Positions 1 through 10,100 of a stretch of 64,000 bases of DNA are shown one piece after another; position 1 is the stretch's first letter; each line of letters begins with the position of its first letter. The notes under the pieces are model-generated. The model ran no database searches. It was given only the letters and a program-made list of their open reading frames with translations, and was not told where the DNA came from. The translations under genes and the position numbers were made by a program. The stretch lies in NCBI GenBank assembly GCA_002269645.1, contig NIVC01002989.1, forward strand, positions 63,004-127,003. Reading direction: 5' to 3'. This DNA is from Macrostomum lignano. Lineage: Eukaryota.

Positions 1-3000
1 GGGCGGCAGCGGCGGCGCCGGCAGCGGCGGTGTCGGCGAGCTGTCCAACGAGTGGAAAAGCGTGCTCAGGCGGGCCTATCGAGTGCTCAAAGACGAGACT
101 GGCAGCAACGTATTCGACTTTGCCCTGCCCTATTCGGCCAAGGCCAATGTGCAGGCGGCCAATCGGGTGATTGACAAGGCGCTAATGCTTGGCCGCGAGC
201 GGCCGGCCAATCTGCAAGCCTGGCGCAGTGAGAATTTTCTAGCATTTTATTGAAATAAAACTACTTAGTATCAGTAGTACAATTTGCGTATTTAGTTAAA
301 AACTAGAAATGATATTATAAAAGGGCGTTGCAGGGCCATCGCAAAGATGTGTGTTTGTGCATATTTAATGAGCTAAATATTAATTAGGCTAGCAAGGCGG
401 GATTCGAACAATATTATTTGGCTTCGTTTCTCAACGTCTGGACAGAAAATTGTCCCCTCATTTTCTAGTATGTTAATAATTAACTAATTAACTCAAACTA
501 ACTGCTTTTACCTTAAAAAAGTTAATGCTAATCAGAGCTTTAATGTTGATCCAATTTCGCCTGGAAAGTCTATCGTCAATAATTTAGGATAATTAAAGGA
601 AACTTACACATTATCATAATATGAATAATCATGTTGCAACTGATGGCAGACAGCGCACTGAAGAACTACCTGAGAGTGTACTACAAGTCTACTCTAAAGC
701 CTACTTATAAAAGATTCGAAGACGCCGCCAGGATGGCCGGTATAATGACGCTCTCCGTGGTAAGGATGAGGGAACCATAGGCAACATATCTTTCAAATTC
801 ACCTTGGAACTCAATAGGAATCATTGGAGAGCTATGATATTTTTATATTGTACAAGTTTAAACGACTCACATGAGCTTTTGGAGATGAAGCGCCGTACTA
901 GCTTGTCCGAAGATTTTGATTGGTTTGCCGAATTTCGATGCGGTAAGCAAAGTCCGGATGATGAGGGGCGCAGCTTCCTGTTCGGGCCTTGGTTTAGGAT
1001 GACACCTGAGTCACTGCGGCCCCGATAGAAGCTGAGATGGGCATCTGATCGGGATCCATCCGGCTGATCTTGTACTCAATGCTCAACCTGAGCAAGATTT
1101 CTGCACGCTGGGTGCCCATCAGCTGGTTATTAAGAGATTCAACTCAATTTTACCTTCAATTTGGCTACTAAATCAAATATGCCAATGGTCAAGCCAGTAC
1201 AAGCCAAGTGCACTGCAGCTCCTTTGCGCTAGTTAAGCTTTTAAATTGGCAATACTTAACGAACTGAATAATAATCATTCTTGTATTATTTTGATCTTAC
1301 AACTCGTATTGTAGCCATGATCGGGCGGTACTTCAAGGCCTACTATTACAGCGTATTAAAGAGAGATCACAATATTAAGTCGGTGAAAAATGGCAACACA
1401 AAAATTATTAAACAGTTATTGGTAAATCAATTAAATTTGTTTGCTGCTTTTTATTAGCTGAGTTGAGTCACGAGCGCATCACATGAGCTGCAAAATCGTA
1501 AAAGAGTCGCTGTAGTTTCTAATAACTCGAGTAGACTAAATAGTGCTGCTATAATTGCGTAAAAGGATTCTATTCATAATTCATAAAGTGACGCAACTCA
1601 GTGATTCCACAGCGACTCTGACACACCTCAGATACGACCCTACGCCCTCAGAGACATTACAGAATCGCCCAGAGTCCTTTCAGAGTCGCAGACAATAAAC
1701 CCCTCAAATTGACTCTTGACGTGACGCAAGTGACTCTGGGATGCTTCTTGGCCTGGGTACAGTTTTCATCCGGTCAGCGAAATGAAGCCTTAGAGCCTTA
1801 AAAGCCTAAGGATTTAGCTTTCATAATAATTATCAGCAAATCAATTGTGCCGAAATCAATACTTGCAGCCTCTTGTCATCGTTACCTAAAGCCGCATTAC
1901 TCTAAGAACTTGCGCTATCCCTACCAGCGCCGTTTGAGACCGAATTTTAGCATATCAGCCACTCTTGTGAGTTACAAAACACTTAAGATTATTATAAGTC
2001 TCTTGAGCATCTGTCGCATATCTTGGCCTTGCAACAACTCCAATTCTTGTGTTATATTTCATTCGTGTATATTAAAACTACAGATTTATGAATTTTTGTA
2101 AAAAAATACTTGAAATTGTAGCCAGTTCCTTCAAATATCTTCGCATTTGGTATACGCAATTTTTGAAGCGCAGCTTCAAAGCCAAGACCGATAAATGCAA
2201 GATCTCCTCTCTTATCAGCCTGCAGACTGTGAGTATTGGTGGTCTGTTCATCAGCCCACGAATCATAAGCAACCACCCCAGATCTCGTCCCCCGCGATGT
2301 ACATCAGCCCAAGAATCATAGTGACCACCCTCAGATCTCGTCCCTCGCAATGTACATCAGCCCACGAATCATAGCGACCACCCTCAGATCTCGTCCCTCG
2401 CAATGTACATCAGCTCACGAATCAAAAGCGAGCACCCTCAGATCTCGTCCCTCGCAATGTACATCAGCCCACGAATCATAGCGACCACCCTCAGATCTCG
2501 TCCCTCGCAATGTACATCAGCTCACGAATCAAAAGCGAGCACCTCCAGATCTCTTCCCCCGCAATGTGTACATCAGTTCACAAACATAAGCAACCATCCC
2601 TAATCCCCATCCAAAATACACGCTTTTACGCAAATGAATTTTTATTACCATTTTTATTTATTGGCTACAATACATTTTTTGAATTGATGCTTTACGTGAC
2701 TAGTTTTTTGTATTGTTCCATTTTTGCGATGGGTCCTTTATATACCTTTCTGATAAGTAGTATAGGTTGATTATTTCTTAAAGCAACTGAACTTTCTAGT
2801 GCCATTTCCAATATTTATACATGTTTCAGCTGTTTCGCAAAAATATTTGCGAAATTGGTACAGTCAAAATCTTAGACGCGACTATAATGCCAAGGCTAGG
2901 CAGTCTAAGCTCAATTCGTTAATCTTCGTGCAGACTGTGAGTCTCTGGGGGTCTTCTAAATTCATGTTTGTCCCTCATTTTAGCCTCAATGTACACTCTA

Positions 3001-5358
3001 TTCCGGCCAGCCCCCCCCTAGCCTCAATGTACACTTCTTTCCGACCAGCCCCCCTAGCCTCAATGTACACTTCTTTCCGACCAGCCCACCTAGCCTCAAT
3101 GTACACTCTATTCCGGCCAGCCCCGCCCCCCCCCCTAGCCTCAATGTACACTTCTTTCCGGCCAGCCCACCTAGCCTCAATGTACACTATTCCGACCAGC
3201 TCCCCTAGCCTCAATGTGCACTATTCCGATCAGCTCCTACTAGCCTCAATGTACACTATTCCGATCAGCTCCTACTAGCCTCAATGTACACTATTCCGAC
3301 CAGCTCCCCTAGCCTCAATGTACAGTATTCCGATCAGCTCCCCTAGCCTCAATGTACACTATTCCGACCAGCTCCCCTAGCCTCAATGTACACTATTCCG
3401 ACCAGCTCCCCTAGCCTCAATGTACACTATTCCGACCAGCTCCCCCCTAGCCTCAATGTACACTATTCCGACCAGCTCCCCTAGCCTCAATGTACGAGCT
3501 ATTCCAGCCAGCCCCCTAGCCTCAATGTACACTCTATTCCAGCCAGCCCCCCCCCTTAGCCTCAGTGTACACTTCTTTCCGGCCAGCCCACCCTAGCCTC
3601 AATGTACACTCTATTCCGGCCAGCCCCCCCCCCTAGCCAACCTAGCCTCAATGTACACTATTCCGACCAGCTCCCCTAGCCTCAATGTACACTATTCCGA
3701 CCAGCTCCCCTAGCCTCAATGTACACTATTCCGACCAGCTCTCCTAGCCTCAATGTACACTATTATTCCGACCAGCTCTACTAGCCGCAATGTACACTAT
3801 TATTCCGACCAGCTCTCCTAGCCGCAATGTACACTATTATTCCGACCAGCTCTCCTAGCCTCAATGTACACTATTATTCCGACCAGCTCTCCTAGCCTCA
3901 ATGTACACTATTATTCCGACCAGCTCCTACTAGCCTCAAGGTAAATAAGTCACTCCTGGCTTGAATATGCACTCGATGTGCATATATGCTCGATCGTTTG
4001 ATACTATTCAATTCAGAAATAGTTAAAAAGGCTCCACTATTAATTGCGATGATTCGGCAACCGGTTTGAAACCTTTCAATTGATATTTCTATTCCTTCAA
4101 ATTATCCATACCATGATGCCTGACAATATTTTTACAGCAGTGTCTATGAAATACCTGCGCAGTTGGTACACGCAGCGTTATAGGCGTGATTTTCTTGCCA
4201 AAGCTAGGCAGTCCAAGTTTAATTCGTTATTAAAAGTACAAATTGTGAGTTAGCTTGGGGCGCTTCACCTTCAGGCCTTCATCCTTGCACCTTCAGGCCT
4301 TCATCCTCACAACTTCAGGACTTTTTTCTCATACCTTCAGGCCTTTGTTCTCACACCTTCAGGCCTTTGTTCTCACACCTTCAGGCCTTCATTCTCACAC
4401 CTTCAGGCCTTCGTTCTCACACCTTCAGGCCTTCGTTCTCACACCTTCAGGCCTTCGTTCTCTCACACATTCAAACCTTCATCCTCACACCTTCAGGCCT
4501 TCGTTCTCACACCTTCAGGCCTTCGTTCTCACACCTTCAGGCCTTCGTTCTCACACCTTCAGGCCTTCGTTCTCACACACCAGGCCTTTATTCTCACACA
4601 CCAGGTCTTCATCCTCACACCTTCAGGCTTTCATTCTCACACAACAGGCCTTTATCCTCACACCTTCAGTTCTTCATTCTTGCCTTCAGTTCTTCATTCT
4701 CACCTTCAGGCCTTCATTCTCACCTTCAGTTCTTCATTCTCACCTTCAGGCCTTCATTCTCACCTTCAGGCTTTCATTCTCACACAACAGGCCTTTATCC
4801 TCACACCTTCAGTTCTTCATTCTCACCTTCAGGCCTTCATTCTCACACCTTCAGGCTTTCATTCTCACACACCAGGCCTTCATACTCACACACCTTCAGG
4901 CCTTCATTCTCACACATTCAGGCCAGCCCCCCATTCTCACCCGCCCGCCTGTCCCAACTCCCCCACCCACGCAGAAGCTGAACCGTCGCCAGAAAAGCTA
5001 CGAGGCAATCAAGGACAGCCTGGATGAGCAGTCTCGGCAGCGCTACCAGAGCGTGCTAACCAGAGACTACACCAGCTCGGATGAGGAGACCGGGGCAGAC
5101 TTGGACTCAGCTGAGACCGCCCGAGTTCGCTGCTTGGCCTGGGAGAGCGCCGAATTGCGCAGCGTCAAGCAGCATCTTGACGGCGTGTTTGTCGAACAGC
5201 TGGCCGACGAGAAGCAGCGCGCCGAGCTGCAGCGGCTTCAGCGAAATCTCGCCTGTCAGTCCGAGCGGCCGCCGCCGCCAGACTGCGCGCCGTGGGCCCG
5301 GGACCCGGCCTGGGCGCCTGCGGGAGCCCAGCAGGACTATAGCGGGGACGGGCAGTAG
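1..5358 (+). CDS. Gene 1 (5'-partial): C14orf93-like putative DNA-binding protein. Model: constant exon <1..227, then one of the alternative exons in 397..4244, then terminal exon 4975..5358
   Basis: Frame 2 reads ...LSNEWKSVLRRAYRVLKDETGSNVFDFALPYSAKANVQAANRVIDKALMLGRERPANLQAWR, then donor a|GTGAGA at 227 (phase 1). The terminal exon follows cacgcag| at 4975 (phase 0): KLNRRQKSYEAIKDSLDEQSRQRYQSVLTRDYTSSDEE...LAWESAELRSVKQHLD...SERPPPPDCAPWA, TAG at 5358. The F..S..N / A..Y / SSDEE / W.S..L...LD / S.R.P pattern recalls the C14orf93 C-terminal domain (from memory, not searched). Confidence 0.75.
397..467 (+). CDS. Candidate alternative exon 1a0 (phase 1 to 0), weak
   Basis: caag|GC...CTA|gtatgt, 71 nt, open: (S)GIRTILFGFVSQRLDRKLSPHFL. 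Only weak similarity to exon 1869..1966 (R.L.P.F). Confidence 0.3.
650..759 (+). CDS. Alternative exon 1a1 (phase 1 to 0)
   Basis: gcag|AC...GTG|gtaagg, 110 nt: (N)SALKNYLRVYYKSTLKPTYKRFEDAARMAGIMTLSV. Carries the YL..YY...L...Y motif. The acceptor is weak. Confidence 0.65.
804..1125 (+). mobile_element. Degenerate mariner-like transposase remnant
   Basis: LELNRNHWRAMIF...WFAEFRCGKQSPDDEGRS resembles the mariner N-terminal HTH. In another frame IEAEMGI*SGSIRLILYSMLNLSKISARWVP matches the mariner WVP motif. Contains stops and deletions. Confidence 0.7.
1315..1421 (+). CDS. Alternative exon 1a2 (phase 1 to 0)
   Basis: ttgtag|CC...TTG|gtaaat, 107 nt: (T)MIGRYFKAYYYSVLKRDHNIKSVKNGNTKIIKQLL. Confidence 0.7.
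1869..1966 (+). CDS. Alternative exon 1a3 (phase 1 to 0)
   Basis: ttgcag|CC...CTT|gtgagt, 98 nt: (T)SCHRYLKPHYSKNLRYPYQRRLRPNFSISATL. Confidence 0.7.
2122..2228 (+). CDS. Alternative exon 1a4 (phase 1 to 0)
   Basis: ttgtag|CC...ACT|gtgagt, 107 nt: (T)SSFKYLRIWYTQFLKRSFKAKTDKCKISSLISLQT. Confidence 0.8.
2262..2580. repeat. 53-54 bp minisatellite, about 6 copies
   Basis: Unit cagatctcgtccctcgcaatgtacatcagcccacgaatcatagcgaccaccct. The gatctc motif recurs at 2281, 2334, 2387, 2441, 2494 and 2548. Confidence 0.9.
2830..2936 (+). CDS. Alternative exon 1a5 (phase 1 to 0)
   Basis: tttcag|CT...ACT|gtgagt, 107 nt: (T)VSQKYLRNWYSQNLRRDYNAKARQSKLNSLIFVQT. Confidence 0.8.
2979..3940. repeat. Variable ~32-40 bp minisatellite
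   Basis: Repeated cctagcctcaatgtacactattccgaccagctcc with length variants. Confidence 0.9.
4138..4244 (+). CDS. Alternative exon 1a6 (phase 1 to 0)
   Basis: tttacag|CA...ATT|gtgagt, 107 nt: (T)VSMKYLRSWYTQRYRRDFLAKARQSKFNSLLKVQI. Confidence 0.8.
4262..4930. repeat. ~20-22 bp intronic minisatellite
   Basis: Repeated cacaccttcaggccttc(g/a)ttct. It produces the low-complexity start of ORF 4255..5358. Confidence 0.9.
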
Positions 5359-6464
5359 CTTTGAACTCTTTAATTAGATTATTGAGCCTGCCGATATGTT
5401 GCGTAAATAACTTTATAAGTGTGGTCATCGAAATTGTACAATGAGGAGCTTCCTAAACTAAAAGATCGTTGTAGCAATGATGAATTAAATTAATATTGAA
5501 TAAAATTATTGCAGCTCCATTACTATAGATGTGAAGAAGTTGAAGATAACTACCGATATGTTGCGTAGATAAATTTACGCAATAATAAGGTTATCGAAGC
5601 TGTACAATGAGGAACAATAATAACACATCGAAAATAATTTATTACGGATTTAAATAAGTTGAAGATATGCCGATATGTTGCGTAAAATATTTTTTTAATT
5701 TTTGCGAGTAGTCAGTGATGATGATTGCAAAGGGGCACATCTGTATTTTAATTTAAACATTTAATTTGAAAAATAATAAATTGAATGCTTACTTCCTACT
5801 TTAAGTAGCCTTCGATACAGGCTAGTCTAATAATATTATAATCTCTAGTGTTTTCTATTATTAGTAGCCAGCAATGCTTTTAATTTTTTTATTTGCACAA
5901 TTTTTATGCATTGTCCCACCTCCCCATCAGAATACCGACATCAGCTGTTCCGCACTTTGAACTCGACAATGATCTTCAATCCGGTTCATCTAAACTCAGC
6001 ATGTGTTATTTCGTTAATTCAGAACTGGATTTTACTTGTAATCATTCTTATGCTAAACAGTTAACGCAATGCATCCTACTCGTAAATAAACATCTAAGAT
6101 ATAACCTACCTACTTTACTGACCAAAGTAGCAGGTTAAACATTTAAGCTGTTCATTTTGATCACCTTGTGTACCTCTGCCTAACCTGTATTTGGCAGACT
6201 TTCTTGGCTTTTGTTTGTAAGTATGACTAATTTGAATGTTCAATTCAATTACTGTTTGCATTTTCATCGTTTATCTTGTCAACAATACTTGCATTGTCAA
6301 TTTGACATTTCACAAACAGAATGACAAATACACCCAGTCACATTCGTAACTCTCCGTTTCTGTTGCCAAGCTCAGTGATGGCACTTTTAACTGTTATTTC
6401 TCTGAGCAGGGTTTCTATTTGTTTGATGTTTTTAATAGATTGTTGTACTAACGTAGGCTAAACT

Positions 6465-6544
6465 GTGTCTGTCTGTGTCTGTCTGTCTGTGTGTCTGTCT
6501 CTGTCTGTCTGTCTGTCTGTCTGTCTGCTGTCTGTCTGTGTGTG

Positions 6545-6599
<55 letters not shown>

Positions 6600-6635
6600 G
6601 TGTCTGTGTGTCTGTCTGCTGTCTGTCTGTGTGTG

Positions 6636-6690
<55 letters not shown>

Positions 6691-6762
6691 GTGTCTGTCT
6701 CTGTCTGTCTGTCTGTGTGTGTGTCTGTCTCTGTCTGTCTGTCTGCTGTCTGTCTGTGTGTG

Positions 6763-6799
<37 letters not shown>

Positions 6800-6802
6800 T
6801 AG

Positions 6803-6835
<33 letters not shown>

Positions 6836-6868
6836 TAGTGTCTGTCTGTCTGTCTGTCTGTCTGTCTT

Positions 6869-6907
<39 letters not shown>

Positions 6908-6970
6908 TAGTGTCTGTCTGTCTGTCTTAGTGTCTGTCTATCTGTCTGTCTGTCTGTCTGTCTGTCTGTG

Positions 6971-7010
<40 letters not shown>
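6465..7010. repeat. (TCTG)n microsatellite
   Basis: Direct reading of the sequence. Confidence 0.95.
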
Positions 7011-7011
<1 letters not shown>

Positions 7012-7121
7012 TTACAGCAAATCTAATTCAGCTGTCCATAGCTGTCAACTATGGCCATATATGTCCATCACTTGTCACTGGCCCCGTTCGCCCCACAGCC
7101 GAGCAGTGTCTCACAGCCAGC

Positions 7122-10100
7122 ATGGCCGCAGCAGTTCAATCGCCTTCTTCAATGCTAAACCAGTCGGCCGCGTCGGGCGGCGTGGGCTTCTCAGCCCTGA
7201 CCCTGTTCGAGTCCACCCTGCTCAACGCGGGCATGCTGCTGGAGAGCATGCCCCTAGAAGACCTGGTGTCCGCAATGCGTCTGGTACAGAATCTGCAGCA
7301 CCAGCTGGTTGACGTCATGCACCCGTCAGCCTGCCAGCTGCGTCATCAGCTCGACGAAGCCAATCGTCAACTAACGTTGCTACACGATCGGGCCACTTCA
7401 GCCGCTGTTGCCATGGAAACGGCGGCCAAACCTCCGCCTAGCAAGCGGCACTGCGCCAGCAACAGCTTCAAAGCCGAGCCGAGCGAATCCAGTCAGGCCC
7501 CAGCCTCCGCCTCCTCCCTGCTGGTTGATGAAGAAAAATTCGCCATAGGTGGTGCCACCGGTAGCGTTGGCGATTTTGTCGACGAGACATTTGACGATGG
7601 AGCGGACGATTGCGTCATGATTATGGGGGAGGAGAGCGGCGGCAGCAGTAGTCGGCAGTTTCAGCAGCGCACCAGGCAGCGAGGCCAACAGCATCAACAC
7701 GCTGGCCGGTCATCCCTGATTGAATGCGACGATCAGCTGTCCGCTGCAGCTGCTGCGGCCGCTGCCGCCGCAGTCTCCGGCGGTGGCGCCGATGTTCGGG
7801 TGAGGACTGCGAAGTTTTCCTACTTGATTTATTTATTTTCTTTAATTTATGTATTTTTCTTGCAAATTTAGCCAAAAAAATCCATGGAGACGCTGAGTTA
7901 TCTTTACTTAAGTAGTATGATAGAAAATTTCGTTTTTAGTAAGATAATAAGAGTTTAGTTTTTTAGTAAGAATCGAGGAGTGAGCTACTTAAAGTAACTT
8001 GCAATTTAGTTAATCTAAGATATGATTTTTTAAAAATAAATTTTTAGAACCTTCTTAAAGACACTTACAAGAATCTGCGCGGTAGCGGGCCTCATCTGTT
8101 TGATTTCTCCAAACCGTAAGTTCGATAAAAGACTTGCATTATTATTTAGTTTAGTGATTAATTGGCGCTCTAATGACTCCCTAAATGTACTATTAAACAG
8201 CTGGGAGCACACGGTCAATCAAGCTGTAGCCCAGACGGTTATCGAGCAAGCTCAATTGGCGTCCGGTATTGTTGCTGAGCCCGACACGTGGAAAGGTCAG
8301 ATTTTCAAATATTCTATTGTTACGTCATATTTTTTATTTCGTAAATTAAAACAGATTAAAAGTCGTTTCTCCCTACTTAAAGTAGGAAATTTTTAATAAT
8401 TGTTGCGTCAGTTTTTTATCATACAATCAATTATCATATCATATTGCTATTAATATTATTTTACTCCTACTGACAGTAGGAATCTGAATAAAATGCGTGA
8501 GTTTTAATAATTTTATAATAAAAAATTTGCTCCTGCTCGAGTTTGAAGTCTGCTAATAATGTTAAAATAACTGAGCATTTCAATTTACTTTGTAAATTGC
8601 TAAAGCTATATATGAATTAATTAACTAATTAAATTATCCAATTTTGTGTACTAATTGTCATACACTCGTGCCAATGAGTAGTAGATCTTCACAACTCGCT
8701 AGCGATTTATTTTATATTCATAATAATAAGTGTCTCAAATTGATGCGACTTTGCCAATGCACGACTCGCTGTAGTGATGGCCTCAAATTTGTATTACTCT
8801 ACTAAAAAGCTGCTGGCCTCCTGGGTCAACAACAGTCGAAAATATAAGCGAAGAAATGGGGTACGTGCTACATCGTTTTTATTATAATGCTGCTCATTGC
8901 TTCAGTGACTTCTATCAACGAGTTCAATATCTTTACAAGTGTTGGATGAGCGCTGCTTTGTGTTTAAGGCCCTCCAGAGGACAGGGAAGGGATTAGTATT
9001 GACTGCCCACCATAGGACCCTAGTAGCCTACCAATGGACCTTGGAACTGGAAGCCCAGCATATGACCTTGGAACTGGAAGCCCACTATAGGACCTTGGAA
9101 CTGGAAGCCCACTATAGGACCTTGGAACTGGAAGCCCACTATAGGACCTTGGAACTGGAAGCCCAGCATATGACCTTGGAACTGGAAGCCCACTATAGGA
9201 CCTTGGAACTGGAAGCCCACTATAGGACCTTGGAACTGGAAGCCCACTATAGGACCTTGGAACTGGAAGCCCAGCAGAGGACCTTGGAACTGGAAGCCCA
9301 CCATAGGACCTTGGAACTGGAAGCCCAGCATATGACCTTGGAACTGGAAGCCCACTATAGGACCTTGGAACTGGAAGCCCACTATAGGACCTTGGAACTG
9401 GAAGCCCAGCAGAGGACCTTGGAACTGGAAGCCCACCATAGGACCTTGGAACTGGAAGCCCACCATGGGACCATGGAACTGGAAGCCCACCATAGGACCT
9501 TGGAACTGGAAGCCCACTATAGGACCTTGGAACTGGAAGCCCACTATAGGACCTTGGAACTGGAAGCCCACCATAGGACCTTGGAACTGGAAGCCCACTA
9601 GAGGACCTTGGAACTGGAAGCCCACCATAGGACCTTGGAACTGGAAGCCCACTAGAGGACCTTGGAACTGGAAGCCCAGCAGAGGACCTTGGAACTGGAA
9701 GCCCACCATAGGACCTTGGAACTGGAAGCCCACCATAGGACCTTGGAACTGGAAGCCCACTAGAGGACCTTGGAACTGGAAGCCCACTATAGGACCTTGG
9801 AACTGGAAGCCCAGCAGAGGACCTTGGAACTGGAAGCCCAGCAGAGGACCTTGGAACTGGAAGCCCAGCAAAGGACCTTGAAACCGGAAGCCCACCATAG
9901 GACCTTGGAACTGGAAGCCCACCATAGGACCTTGGAACTGGAAGCCCACCATAGGACTGGGGAAGGTTGAAGGCTTACCAGAGGACCAAGAGAAGGTGTT
10001 GCAGTTGCTTCAGTAAGTCTTTAATCGAAAATTCAATGTAGATTAATACTGAAAACGTATTAGTTCACTGTATCAAAGTGAACCCAGGCAGCCTTCACTC

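Noticed and set aside
62-253. 63-aa standalone ORF in the track
   Set aside because: It is the end of an exon that begins before the window. The frame is open from position 2 and a donor lies at 227.
320-375. AKMCVCAYLMS* peptide resembling KGACVAYF
   Set aside because: Ends in a stop with no donor and is too short to separate from chance.
1134-1235. Possible extra variable exon (STQFYLQFGY*IKY...)
   Set aside because: In-frame TAA, poor splice sites and no clear motif match. At best a dead copy.
8880-10020. Candidate exons at ~8906 and ~9950..10015 (strong gtaagt donor) in gene 2
   Set aside because: Stop codon or wrong phase for the cluster, and no motif similarity.
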